A DNA stretch of 64,000 bases, taken from contig JAYWIR010000030.1 of assembly GCA_036172245.1 (NCBI GenBank), positions 1,860,001 through 1,924,000 on the forward strand. The letters run 5' to 3'. The first letter of the stretch is position 1. Every line of letters begins with the position of its first letter. The notes below the pieces were generated by a model. The model had not been told where the DNA came from. It searched no databases and was given only the letters and a program-made list of their open reading frames with translations. Source of the DNA: Raillietiella orientalis (Eukaryota). Positions 37,250-51,110 of this stretch are shown here, piece by piece. Made by a program: the position numbers and the translations under genes.

Positions 37250-37401
37250 ATTCCCTCGCTCACAACCAGTGCTCCGTACCGAGGCACTCCATCACCCCGT
37301 GAAGCTTCGCACTGTGTTTTTCGCCTAACAAGGTAATATTTCTCCAGAAAGAAGTTTTTGATTTAAAAGATATGCAGTTTGGAGAAGTAACCCACGAGGC
37401 A
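37250..37401. repeat. 152-bp segment present three times (inverted at 35359-35510, direct at 50343-50494)
   Basis: Direct comparison; three substitutions versus the other two copies. Confidence 0.95.
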
Positions 37402-40400
37402 TCATCAAAACTTTTGAAGACAAGATCAGCCTCACGATGCGAATTAAATTTTTGGAGCACATTAATCTTTTTTAGCTGACACATTTCCGTCCTCATGGAG
37501 TGATGAATCATCAGGCAAGATGATTTTCAATCTCCGTAGTTATTCATGATGGACTCAGCCGTGGTCTCTCTCTTTCGACCATTCGTTTACCATCTTCAGG
37601 ATGCAATGGCACCTCCCACTTCTAACGATTTCGTCCATTCACGTCACCTATACCCTAATCCTTAGGTCCGTTGAGTGGTTTGGCATTTGCCGGCCAGTGA
37701 TCGATTCATTTTGTCGATTGGCTGGAGCTAACTATTTTCTGCAAGTTGTCTCCCTTGCCAACAGTTTTTTTAATTTTTCCTCTGGAGTATCCAATGTGAA
37801 TCTGAGTAGTGATGCTGGATGCAATATTTGTCGATTCCTAGGCTGTTCGATGACCAACTCTTTGTGCAAGCTGCGGTCTTCCTTTGAATGCTTCTGCCCT
37901 CAAGAAATGAATGCTGATGAATGCATTCTGTCTTATTTTATTGACCTTCGCTGCTAAGTAACGCTTCAGGGCTCTTTTATTTGTTTTTAACGTTCTCCAC
38001 GTTCACACTGAATCCAGATTATGAGACCATGCAATCTCACTCATCAACATTCCTTATTTGAACCACGGGGTTATGCTCTGTGGCTGAGAATTCTGCTGTT
38101 CCCTCTCTTTCCAGCCTCTTGACACAGCCAGGGCACCTTCGGCTCACGTACACTGGTGACCGTCACGTTGAACTGTAGCGCCGGGACACTGGCTACCTCT
38201 AAAACTCCCCTTACTTTTTCATGAAATTGCGTTAGATGGCCCCTGTCACATTCCATTGAAAAAATACCTCACCATACAGGTTCTTGTTCCGGTGACTCAA
38301 AGTACTGTTGTCTCATCGCTCTATGTCTGTTCTCTTCAGCGAAGAGAGCACAGAGCAAGCACGACTCGGTGACTTTGAAGAAAACAGGCGTTGAAGACCT
38401 GATCAGCTTTGGTCTCACTAGAACGCGCTGCTATTCTTCAAGATTTGCTTCAGTTTCAGCATAACTACCACTCCCGGGACATCACAAACAAGAGAAAGCA
38501 GTAGCAGAAGCAAGGGAAGCAAAAGAAAATGCAGTGCTTCAACGCGAGAGTCACCAAATGCAGCACCTCCGATAGGAACCTAAAATGAGCTTTTTCCCAC
38601 GTGTCTTTGGCTTTTGAATCACCAACATGGTGGATGGGACAGGGAACTGAGGAAAAAGAATTCCCTGACATGTGACACGACACGCCTCCCACATCTCCCT
38701 TGCCGTGCTGACGAACACTTCTAGAAATCCCAATCCCTGGAGTAATTTTCAAACCTCAGGACAGAAACGGAAGTGGGCAATGTCTGGTCCATGAGTGAAT
38801 GCCAGAGGCTGGAAATGTCTTATGCCGACCTACCAAATGGTCTTCCGGTGCCTGTGAAGCGTGAAGTTTGAATGTCACGAACTTCACGCTTCAGAATATA
38901 TTCGAGCATCTCCTTATCATACATTTGAACATCTCCTTATCATTATTTGTGACGTTCGAGTATCTGCTTATCACATCGGCTAGGAACAGGAAAACCGAAA
39001 ACTATCAGATGTCTTCGATGTTAGGCGCCTTTCTTGGAGTCCCGACTTCCAAAAGGGTGGTCGTGCTCTTTCGAAATAGCTCCTATTTCCCGGCACTTGG
39101 TGGAGGCAAAGAGCACGAATCGCCGCACGAGGCGCCACGTGCGCCCTTATCCACTTTTGCGAGTGCTTTTCAAGATGACGAAAGGCACGGAAAGGACGAT
39201 CCTCCGCCAAGGCGAAGCCAAAGCTGTGCAACTCATTCCCTTTTTGAAGCTGTCGCTCATTACAGCTCATGGCAATGATGCAGGTATCGATAATGAAATT
39301 GTACTGACACTGACTTCATTTTCTCTCCGCTCGCTCCTAAGTAATTCCAGAAGGCCATTGCTCATGCTAAACATTGCTGGAGCTCCAACTCAAACAAATA
39401 GGTTTTCAACCTTCTTGATGCCTGCAGCCTTACAGCGCTTGCCTTGCCTGGCTTCGCTGAAAACCCTTGGAAAGTAGAGATGTCATCCATGGAACAACTT
39501 CAAGCAGCTACTTAATTACACGAAAATTCATCAGTCACGATCACAAATAAGGCAGCGAACTGATCGATGATTTTCACAGCACAGCTTTTGTTGGCTGCAG
39601 TGGAATATAGGAGCAGCATGCCCACGGAGATTCCGACTGCTCCCATAAATTTACTGCCGTGTCATCAAGTCTTGAAGTTGATGAAGCTGGAGATGGTAGC
39701 GTGTTAGCAATGTTTTGGACATGATGCACCTGAATCTCGGTGCCATATCTCTCAGCGATGTCTCCTCGGCAAACGAATTCGAGCATCTCTGTTTACTGAA
39801 TAAGCAGATGCTTATCCCGCTGGTCCCGCTTGTCCGTTTTCTGCGAAAGTTTTTTGATGCTCTGAGCAAAAGACCTGCATCGTTTGCAGGAGGAGCACTT
39901 TTTTTCATTTTGTTTACTCTTTTCGTGCTTCCTGTAAGAGTCGCAAATACTGCCCCGTGAGGGCAGGTCTTTTTCATCCTTACCCTCTTTTTTTTTTTTT
40001 CGTGTGTGCGTTTTTCTAGACAGAAATCGCTCGTCAGCAAACTGAGCGTGCGGTCCGACGACGTGTTATTCACTCGCATATCTGTAGGAGCTCGCATCTT
40101 CCTCCAAAAGTGAGATGCTTTAATCTCGGGTCTGTTACATTTGAAGCTTGTTTGCGGAGAAGCTTTCGCGTGCCAGCCCTGCATAAATGATTGCAAAACG
40201 CTTACTCCTTGGTTGCTAACTGATTGTAGTAAGTGTGCGATGCTATTGAACTTTCGCATGCTTTCATCTCATGGCGCGTGGAGGTAGAGATGGCAGCGTG
40301 CATGTGCTGCTGGATTACAACAGCCCAGGAAGGAGGCGGGTAATGGAATTTCGCATGATGCAAAAGACGTTTCTCTCCCAGTCGCAGCAGATCAGCTTCA

Positions 40401-40949
40401 CCTGTATGAATGACGGATAAACAAATCGATAACTCTCCGCACTGAGCGCTCCCTCGGAAAGGAATGATTCAAACTCCATCACGCTGAAATTCAAAATCCT
40501 GCACGAGCAGGAAGTTTTGGCAGGTCCGGTGCCTGCGAGCGAGAAGAAAAACGGATTATCATGGAGCTCCCAATTAGATGCGAGGGAAGGCGAAACCACT
40601 TCCACCGGAACACGTAAACAGACGAGAGTTTTCGTGCCTCAGCCCGGAGAATGCCGTGCACCATCAAAACGGAAAAAATTCGGCAGGATGCTGCATCGGC
40701 AGGAGCTGTTGATCCTTCGGCATCCCAAGGGCAGCCCTCCACTTCCAGGTCATACGCGACCTCCGAAGGCCCCAGAAACGAAATCGGACTTGCTGGGCAC
40801 ATCATATGGCACCAAACGTGTTGTAGCTCCGGACGTAGATCTCACGTTCTAAAGGTGACAACGGGAGCAAGAGGGTATTAGACGAGTGGAGCGCAAATTG
40901 GGGATCCAACGAATGAACAGGAAAAGATGGACGAACCGTATTTGCTTAC

Positions 40950-41036
40950 CTCGGCGCCGGAAAAAAATTATGAAGGATCCTATTAAAACTAAGAGAGCAA
41001 GAACTCCACACATCAGACTGAGAGAAATGGTTGCCT
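40950..41036 (-). CDS. Candidate exon encoding a transmembrane helix plus basic stop-transfer (possible host type I membrane protein gene or pseudogene)
   Basis: tttgctccggcAG acceptor and GTAAGC donor; 87-nt phase 1/1 exon encoding ATISLSLMCGVLALLVLIGSFIIFFRRR. Confidence 0.45.
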
Positions 41037-44000
41037 CTGCCGGAGCAAACATGACAGCTGCAATCAATAAAGACTAAATTTAGTGCTCGTAAAAGTCTCG
41101 ATTTGCTCACCCATACCAAAAGAAGACAAGCATTAGAGAGCATCAGCGAAGTCTGAGAAAACAAAAGCAGAGCACGATGGGGACGATCCATCGCCCAAAG
41201 TCCTCATGGGCAGTCAGGAAGCATGTGCGTGTCTGTAAGAAGGCCCTTTTTGCCGGGAAAGAAAAACGGTTCCTCCATGGTGAAGGAGGCCTTCTTTCTG
41301 GCCAGACGCAAGCAGGAAAAAACAAGACCGAGCGAATTCTGAGCAACGGCTTGCCCGCATCGTTTAAGAAAGGGAGAACTGGCTGGTCGTAACCAACTTG
41401 ATGAAACAAACACGGAGCCCTCCAGAGTGCACTTTGTCTGCTGCGCACATCTTTCGAATTTCGACCGAGAGTGGGTTCCCGAAAACCGAATGCGGGAAAC
41501 CAGAATGCAGATGGGTTTTTTATTCCCTGACGCACTGGGAATCCCAATCTGCAGCCAAGCACACTGGGTTCCATCTCGAGAAGCCAGCCAAATAAGGAAC
41601 TCCGACATGTGGAAAAAGAGAATCACGGAAGCATGTGAAGGAAAGCAGGGATGCTTTCCATCTCCTCCCCCTCCTGTAAACTTATCCAACATATTAAAAA
41701 ATGCAGTAATTGAAATTTCGTTCTCTCGCCCCAAAACAAAGTCAAAATTAGGGCTTGCTCGGAAGTCGGGAGGTGGTTTCTAGTGGATGATAAATGATTC
41801 AAAAGTGATTAGCCCCCCGGGATTCTGGATGACTTGGAACGCTCGGAATGGGAAAATACCTATGGGCATTAATTTCTTCTTTCTGATGTTGATATTCTTA
41901 AGTGTTTCCCTGGGTTTGACGTGGCGAGATGAGAAGCAGCGTAATGATTATGCCCAACGATTGAGATTTGAGAATATTTGCAAAATTCTTTTCGCATGGC
42001 ATCACAGATTGACTTGGATGCTACCGCCCATTTCTTCCTCGGCATCCGAGTCTCCGCAGCGCTTGTGTTGCTTTCTTGTTTCCAGGAGATCGTCCAGATC
42101 GGCGATCGACTTTTAACAGCATCAGTTGGTTGTTACCACGCAGCGAGCTAGTAAATGATTATCGTACTGGCACACCCCTACTATTGACTGCTGAGGCACC
42201 GTGACGCACTTGGCGTGGCGGATGCATTCAGAAGAAGACGCAGAAAGCTTTTTCCCGTACGGAAACCCAAAGTGATGCCTCGCTCCGCAAAGAGTAGATC
42301 GGTAACAGCTTATTCAGTAAATTAGAGACAGCCAAGAAATATCGAGAATGGAAAAAAATGAGGGAAGGCGTATGCTTCTCAAGGGATGCTGCTGCAGAAC
42401 ACCTTTCGAAAGAAGAGTTAAGTTTCCTGAGATCATGAGGAGGCACACTCTTTCCTTGGAAACGTCTCAGATCCCCTCAGCAAGAGCGTTCGCACCTCAT
42501 GTGTAGCCGTCGTCATCTCGAAATTCGCAGATTTAGCCTAACGCCCTATATTGTTTTCCAGTAGGGATTGAGATTTCTTCTGCTCACCTTCGTCACGCTG
42601 AAAGTATTTCTTGATTTCTGGGATTGTTTGGATGACAAAAAAACTAAGCTCATTGGAGAGAGGGGGGAAAAAGGGGGAAAAATCGATCGTTTTTCGATTC
42701 CAAACCCTGTCCCCAGCCCTAAGAGATGAGACAGTAAGTAACAGCAGGCTGCGAAAAGGTAGCTGTTTCCTGTTGTAGTGACGTGAGCAGTGTCACAGGA
42801 TCGTTACCGAGTCCACAAACACACAGTCCAGGAACGAGAACTCAGATCACAAGTCCTGGAATGATGGAAGGGTAAGAGATCTTCCATCGGTGATTGCTGG
42901 GGAGCTCAACGGATGCCCGAAGTAGCCGCCGAAAAATGAAAGATTTTCAAGAGCAAGATTTCAGTTAGCCCTTGATGCCGTATGTATACGTATACGTACG
43001 TACGTTTGAAGTCGGTCCGCATGAGTACAGGAGGGACAGAGTAAGTAACCTATTCGAAGCGAACGGTGAGCTTCGCTGTTTGAAAATTCGAAAAACGACG
43101 TGCAGCAGAATGTCCTTCCTGTAGCCACGCGCTCGGCACGATTCCTCCGTGCAGAGTGCAGAAAGGGAAAGCGTGCTCTTCTACTTTCAAAGTTGCCCAA
43201 TCTACCACGTCGACGTTCCCCTCGATAAAGTCAAGCCTTTTGCTGGATTCCAAAACACAACACCTGCATTGTGCCGTGCTGTCATCTCGACAACAAACCC
43301 AGAGAACGCTGCAAATGATACCCCTTCACCACCTCAGCATCCCATTCGTCACTGCAAGAAACACCTACGAGGAACCTGCGGTCTTTAGCATTTTTTGCCG
43401 TTTTTTCCTGTGAGCCCCCGAGACCGCACAATCAAAGGGGAATCGTTTTTGGAGTGGTCGTGATTGTTTTCCGAAGCTCTGTATCTGAAAGCCCGTCGCT
43501 TTGAAAATTCGATCCCACTGAAGAATGACTGATCAATAAGGCACTATTTAGGGCTCTAATCTCTTTCTCTTCGCCTCTATAAGTGTCTTGTTTCGTGTCT
43601 CACGAATGCAATCGCTGCTGAACGAAACTAGCTTAGTTTTCCATCTCGCTGATCTACTTTCCTTTGAGCCCACTTCAGCACTCCCAACTCGAGTTCGATG
43701 ACTAACCTAATAGTTGGATCGGCAACATCCAAGGGCATACGTATAAAATAAAAAGAAACAAGGAAAAAAAGGGAAAAAAAGAAAGGTACATAAGAAATCG
43801 TCTATTTTGAATTTTAAATTTATGCATTAGCATTCGCGGCATGGAAGAAAAAATAAATGGTGGGTCCAGGTGTTTGAAACGGACATACTACCCTTTGCGG
43901 CAAAAAAGACTCTCTTGATTCCCCGTAACATCCCGAGAGTTCCAGGAAACAAAGTGTGAGTCGATTAACAGGGTAGGGTAGATGATGTATATTCCGAAAA

Positions 44001-47000
44001 AGGAAGGCCAATAAGTGAAAGAAAATGGAGTCTGTTCGTCTCTAGCGGGGACATCCGATTAGAACCTGGACAATGTGTTCCTGATGAATTCTGCATACAG
44101 GAATTCTTGGAACAAGGATGTCGCTCGCAATCCGATGAAATGTGAGTCGTCTAATGTAGTCTGATAAGCATCCATAATAAATAGGAATAAGCGAACGCTT
44201 CATTGCAGACAACATCTGGGTGCATGAAGCAGACTGGGATCGGAAACAATCTCATCGGTTCCCTGAAAAAGATTTGACCTAGAGATCTGACCTTCTCAAG
44301 ATATCATCATATCTAAAGAGAGGGCTAGAGGAAAAAACAACTTCGGAATCAAATGAATTCGGTTCTTCTTCCTTGTAATCCGTTCTTGACGGATGCAGAG
44401 AAAACGATACGGAGAGCTCGTGGACTTTATAAAATCTGAACTTGTAAATCAATCTCTGCAACAAAGATGGAGGCGCCTTTCTGGAGACGGCTTGAAGCAG
44501 GGTGATCTCGCGATTCCGATCCAGAATATTTAATACTGATTCGCTGCTCAGCTGGAACGCGTTAAGACATCCATCTAGAAGACGATTCTTCTCTCTCCCC
44601 CTCTTGTTACTTCGATCACGTTGGATGAGTACCTTGATGATGAAAACGGAACGCGTTTTGAGGTACTTATTCTATAAGCTGCTGCTTGAAGATTGCTGAG
44701 ATGGAGGTGCTGAGGAAGTTTGCTCCGTCGTGACACAACCAGTGAGGAACTCTGGGTGTACTCAAAGCAAAAAGAGTTTTCTTCTTTTTACCTCATGGGG
44801 ACGATGGGAAATTTTGACCTGACCTTCGACGGGTCGAATCATACAAACGTGTGAGGGTGTGTCAGAGTAAAGTCGAAATTATCTTTACTGGAACGATCTG
44901 AAAACAAGTTCCAGCCTGCGTACATTTCTAATCCCTCTTCCCCCTTCTCCCGAGGAGAGGACTTTTGAATGGGGAGATCCTCCCATCCAAAAGGCCGTGT
45001 GAAAGTGGAAGGACCTGGATGAGTCGAGGAAAAGTGAAGTCGTTGAGCATTACCCCTATTTGCTGGAGGAATCAGCGAAGAAGAAGCGGCGCGAGGAACA
45101 GTCATATGTTGGAGCACGCAGTGAACGCAACCAAAAATGATTCCACCCAAGAAAAGGACTCCCTCAGCCGAAATCGAGGAGGAGAGATCGAACTTTCTCG
45201 AACCATCGAAAAAAAGTCAAATTATTTGAATTCCCTAGCTGCAGAAAGAGGATGATGCTCTTTCCTTAGAAATCGCGCGCACCGGGGGTTCGTACTCGGG
45301 GGGTTACCAGGGATGGGTGGTATACAAGTCACTGAATCCTTCGAAGACTTGCGGTTCAGGAAATTTCAGGGGATGCAGGATTTGAAAAGTGAAAATGCTT
45401 GACTCCCGTGGGCCTTGTGATGGAGCAGTGCGTTTGTGCATTCCATCTGTGCTCCACTTGAGCGGAAGCTCAGCACACACAATGCTTGCCGCTTGGGTTT
45501 TTCTTCAAACACCCTTATCGGTCCGATTTCCTATGGGTATTCTGCAAAATGGTCAGAGTGCTCTTTTCTCCCCGTTCATGTGAAGTGCCTGCCTCAAACA
45601 CGCCCCACTCTTCTCTTCTTTGACTGCAAATTATCTGCAGCAAGCGCTGAGCTGATTTTTTTTTTGTACAATGATGGACGTTATTTGCCGGCTTGCACTT
45701 TTTGCATGCATTCTGAAGCTCATTCCAATCTGAATCTTTTAGAGAACATCTATGACCCTCAGGTTTGATTTCTTTTTGCTTTTTTTTTATCATCTGCACG
45801 TTTTTGAACGAACCTCTTCTGATGCTGCTGGTTCCGAGTACGGAGTTCTAAGCATTCTTATCAGTTGTCTGATACGTGTACAGAATTCTCCAAACGGGGC
45901 CTCGGTCCTCAGCGAAATTTCCGAATTCCTACTCACAGGCTGGTCCTTAAAACCGTTTTTTTCAAATTGGATGAAATTCGAAACCCTTCCTTCCGCCTTG
46001 TTCTTATTTTGCTGAGAATTCGCTTCGTTGTAACAAGAGAAGCAGAGTTTGTTCTAAGACTCTGAAATTTTTTTTCTTTCGTGCATTTGAGATTTTTTTT
46101 TTTTTTTTTTTCGTCTTTGTTTTTAAAGAACTTGATGGATTTTATTTTAAGAATTTTTCACCTATGAAACACAACACGGAGAAATGAAAAGATGGAATTG
46201 TGCAGTTGCTAAGTGAAGTGAACACCGATTCGCTTGAGGCACACCCAAAACACCTTCCAAGAGTGGGATCAGCAGCGCAACGAAACGGATCAAAGAGGGA
46301 AGCTGTATCAGTAGCCATGTGCTGCGTGATAAGTTGAATTGCGTAAGCAGATTTCGTTAAGCAATCTCTTGCCGTGCATATTAGCAAACTACATGACTCA
46401 TTCATGGAAACTAATTTCGCGGCCCTACTAATAAACGCCGGTACGTCTGTCGCTCTGTCTTGGAGTATGCACTCCCAATCCTAGCAAAAACTATGTAATG
46501 AAGCCAAGCTGTTGGCGGTAGTTTTGTATCGAGGAATACAAACACAAAGAGCGGATCATAAATAACAAATGAAAACGCGGGTTAATCGAATAGCACGCTC
46601 GGCTTTCATCAGCGGGGGCCGAATTTTCGTTGAGATCCATCTAGCAGGTAAACTAATAACAGGCGAGATGGAAGCCGCTTTCTCTCTTGTCCTGGGAAAA
46701 CTTGCGGTAAAAGACTTTGAGCACGGAATTGCGGTCGGGATGACCAGAGTGGATGACCACATTCGAAAAGGAAAGTGCGGTTCCTGGAAACCGCCGCGTA
46801 ATTCCTGGCCAGTCAGTTGCACAACTCGTGAAAGAGGGCGCCTGTGGCTACGTCGAGAGCTTGAACCTTCCCGAAACAGCACGGTCAGGCGACAATGATG
46901 TCCCTGGAGAGCAGGACTGCCCAGTTTTGCAAATCAGGGAGCTGTTTGTGATTCAGTTCGTTGGCAAGGTGGGAGAGAGAGGGCAACTGTGCCTTGAGGT

Positions 47001-48726
47001 TGGTCGTTCTGCTCTGAAACCAATGCTCACAAAAAATTCAGACATTCCTCTTCACTCTCCCTTTCTTCTCTTATTAGTGGATACGCGGAAGACGGATCAT
47101 GGACTGGGATCCCTCCACTTTCCTTCTTCGGTAGATGGGTCAGCGGAAGCAGCAGAGTACTCGGAGCTACTCCCAAGCCTTGGCTGCTTTCCTCTGCTGT
47201 CCAAAAAAGGAAATCGAAAAAAGGAAGGTACCCTCAGTCCTTCTACTTTCCCACCATAACGATGCATTTAGATTTAGATTTAGTCGTAATCTCAGAGGAA
47301 GCGAGCTCATGCAAGGCATGAATACATTATGTTGCATCATGAGCAAAGATGACCACCTTTAAAATACGGAAATTTCATCTCTAAGCTGGAAACACGAAAT
47401 TCATAAGCAGCCCAGAAGTATCCTTTCTCCCAGCCTAGCTTGTCTGCGGGTGTTGTGCAGAAAATGTGCGCTGCGATGGATGCATTCCATGTTCCCGTAA
47501 ATGCTAATAGCATTTGCTGGGAACGCGTCGACACGGTGTGTTCAGAGAAGAAAGATTATCCTTTGAGGAGTATTCCAGACATCGTCGGAACTTCAAGTGT
47601 CCCTCTCGTTCTTGATCATCCTCTTTGGACTGGCAGTGATTGGGGCGCCTGACCAAGCGAAATTAGGAACTCGTGCTTCATGGCTCATTAAAAAAAGCTC
47701 AACGGAGTCTTTTTGGAACATGTGTGCCGGCAGCGCGCAGTAACAGTCTGCTCGCAAAATACGATTTTTCCGCTTTCAAATGAGTAATGAAGTTTATTAA
47801 CATTCCACGTTTACTGTAAATGTTTTCATCCTGAATTCGGCGCATGTATCACTGTGCCTTTTTAAGCCCTTACATAGTCAGCAGAATAAAAACGGCGGAA
47901 TGCTTCACGGCAAACATATGAAACAGTTCTCTTAGTGAACTCTTTATTCTTTTGCAAGATTCACAACACTTCTAACAAGGCAAACACACTCGAAACCGAT
48001 GATCACAAACACTGGTTCAAAAGACCTGATTAAAGGAAAACAGAAACACAGAGTCTATTTCGTTGTCATCCAACTTTTCAAGTGTGAAGCCCGTTGTCAA
48101 GACACTAAGCGCATTTCATCTGTAAAAATCCCGAAATCCGATTTCCATGGTGTTCCTAATGCTGCCAAGTATAATATGGTTTGAATAAAAATTCCGTGGT
48201 GACTGTCTGTTTGTCACAAATCCTTCAAAACGAAGTTGCCTACTCCCGATGGCTCTTATTCCATCATGGATGCAGTCCGAACACTTTTTGGAGACTGCGC
48301 TTTTATCGAATTCGAAAACTGTAACTCCCCCAATTTCAAGCAATTTGCACTTCTGCTGGAATAGCCCAGCTGCATCTGATAGCAAACACTCTTTGAAGAC
48401 AGAAAATTGGAATGCTGATGCTGCGTGATCTTTCAAGAGTATAAGGAACTGTACTTGTACGAATGAAAAACCAAATTACATACAGTATATACACTGCAAT
48501 AGACAGCATAAAAATTCGGATGTTCCGAGTCATCTCGCAAGCGCACAATTTTCTCTAATCTGCAATAGCGCAAAATCTCGCAATGGTGTGATATACAAAC
48601 TGAAGCTCAAATGATGCTAAGCAGCCACGGTTATCCTTCTTTCAAATGTACTTGATATTAACTTATCACAAAGTAATATTCAGCTTGAAATCCTAAATCC
48701 AGGTTTCATTCATTTCTCTCCATCGA

Positions 48727-50656
48727 CCGCAAGAAAATTCCACAGACAAGCAATCACGGGGTCCATCGAGATGCCTTCTGCGCCGCTCCGTTCCCCGAAT
48801 CCCGGACACCGCCTTCGTCCACAGCTCCAGGCTAGAAGGGAGTCCGGAACGGGCGTGGACCACAGAGGATCCCCAACCCCCTCCCCTTCCCCCCTGTGCG
48901 ATGGATGCGCTGCCATCCCTTCCGGCTACGCGGAGACCGACGCACCTTTTCCTGCCGCGCGCCGTCCTGACATCGCCAAGACCCGTCCTGGCATCCGGTG
49001 CGGCGGCGCGCAGCAGCGGCACCGCCTGCTGCCTCTTTCCGCACGCGTCATCTTCCGACGAAGTCCCTGCTCTCTGCAGGGGGGGGAGGGGGGCGCCTGC
49101 GACCCGAGATCGAAAGCGGGTCTACGTGAGCACCAAGCAGATGTCATTTCGTCTGCTTCTGCAAACTTCCGCCACAGCCGGTTCGCTTCGTTTCCGCGAA
49201 CGAGCGCGATTGCAAGAAGTGCGGCAGCTTCGCGCCCGCTGTTTCCCTTCCATAGGATGCGATTGAAATGTTCAGGCACTATCGTCTGCCTGTGGGTGCG
49301 CCTGATCCCGTGAGATTGGCTGCTCTGCCTCTTGGCCCTCTGCGTACGGAAAAGGAGGAGGAAGAAGAGATGGTTTCCCGCGAGAAGGCAGCCTGCTTCT
49401 GTCTGGGGGACCCGTCCGAGGCGCCAGCGGCCGCAGCGAAGAAAAGGCGACGGACTGCCGGCCCGCTGCTGAGGCGAACGACTCCGCCATCGTGAGAGTG
49501 TGGGTGAGCACTCGCGGTTCGACAGCCGCTGTCCGCGGAACTCGTGGCGCTCATCTTCGTCTCTTTCCAGGAGTCCACCGAGTGTTCCACATTCCGGAAG
49601 AAGGATCGGCACAGATGGGTGGGACCGCAGGAGGTGGTGCTGGGCGCGCGGAGGGGAGTACCCTGTTGGAGAATCAAGGGAACTTTCGGATGCGTTCCCC
49701 CTCTTCGTGGCAGGCGTCTGGCGGGCAAAGCGAGGGGGAAGACGCTGCTGAGGCTCCAAGTGGTCCAAGCGGAACTCGACACGAAGATCCACATTCGCCT
49801 GCGGTCACTTTTGTTGCCTTTCCGTTGCTGCCACTCCGTGCGAACGGCCGCTCCCTTTCGGCGTTCCCCAAGCGCTGGTGCTGCTGATGCGCCAGCGTTG
49901 GCGGGCTAGCGGAAGGATGCCGAGCGTTGCGTTGCACGCAGGGGCGGCTGCGAAGGAAGCGAAAGACGGGCGCATCGCCCGAAGTGCTCAGCCATGGCAG
50001 CCGTGATCCGGAAGACGGAAAGAGAGGATTCCTTCCGTCCGCACCGTATTCTTTCGAGAGATGCGAATTCCTCGTGCTGCCACGGCCGCCACTCTTCCTA
50101 ATGCTCTGCGGGCGAGTCCACGCAGGTCGGCGCCGGATCCTCCCGTAGCCCGTGGACATTGGCCGAACGCTCGATGCCCGTTCTCGGGAGGCACCTTCCG
50201 ACTGCTCACGCTTGCAGGTGGCTGGATGTCTTCTTCTTCCGGCAGCGATCGCCTCTCAAGGAATTGCAGCAGTAGGCGCGCGCTTTACTTGGCGGCTCGG
50301 GAAGGAAAAACGCGACCATCTGCTCGGTGATGGTTTGCACACATTCCCTCGCTCACAACCAGTGCTCCGTACCGAGGCACTCCATCACCCCGTGAAGCTT
50401 CGCACTGTGTTCTTCGCCTAACAGGGTAATATTTCTCCAGAATGAAGTTTTTGATTTAAAAGATATGCAGTTTGGAGAAGTAACCCACGAGGCAACCGGG
50501 AATGAAAAATTGCGAGAGGTATCGCGAAATCGAGGCTTACGTTGGTGGCTGTGCATCCGCCCCGACCGGGAACGCGGTATTGTCCCCGTCTTCGTGCTTG
50601 CACGTGAGCAAAGAAAGTCAGAGGAACGGGAACCCCAGGCAAAGATGCAAGTTTCC
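48727..50656. repeat. 1930-bp inverted duplication, right arm (partner 35197-37126)
   Basis: Direct comparison; a GC-rich block embedded in AT-rich flanks, with no TSD seen. Confidence 0.97.
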
Positions 50657-51076
50657 TACATATCAAACTTGGATAAAGAAATGTGCACAGCTTCTTCAAA
50701 TGGGCTGCCATCAATTTATTGAAAGAGCATACATTAGACGAAAGATAATCATTTCTTATTTTAGCAACGTGAGTATTTATTTATATTTGTTTTCCATTTG
50801 ATGTAGAATCATGGATAAATTGCTTGCGTCCATTCATTGAAAGGAGAAGACAAGCAATTTCATACATTCAGAGAGTCACTTTGCTAGGAAGGGCGAAATA
50901 TAACGAACCAAATGAATTGGGAGGTTGTGACTCCCACGAAGCATTGCGGCAGAGTTGGTTGCTCATAGTAACGCCCGCTGATGACGAAGTCATGCAGTTC
51001 GAATGGGATGGGATGTTCAGTAGACTTTCCTCCTGATGCAAATCCGAATGCTCAGATTTTTCTAGATGGAAATTTT

Positions 51077-51110
51077 ATATATATATATGTATGTATATGT
51101 ATGTATGTAA
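51077..51110. repeat. (TA)n/(TATG)n microsatellite
   Basis: tatatatatatatgtatgtatatgtatgtatgta. Confidence 0.8.

Noticed and set aside
44900..45450. Possible additional RT remnant (similar weak hints at 8900-10070, 28400-29030, 52950-53200 and 60300-62600)
   Set aside because: Motifs are too eroded to call boundaries or clade without a profile search.
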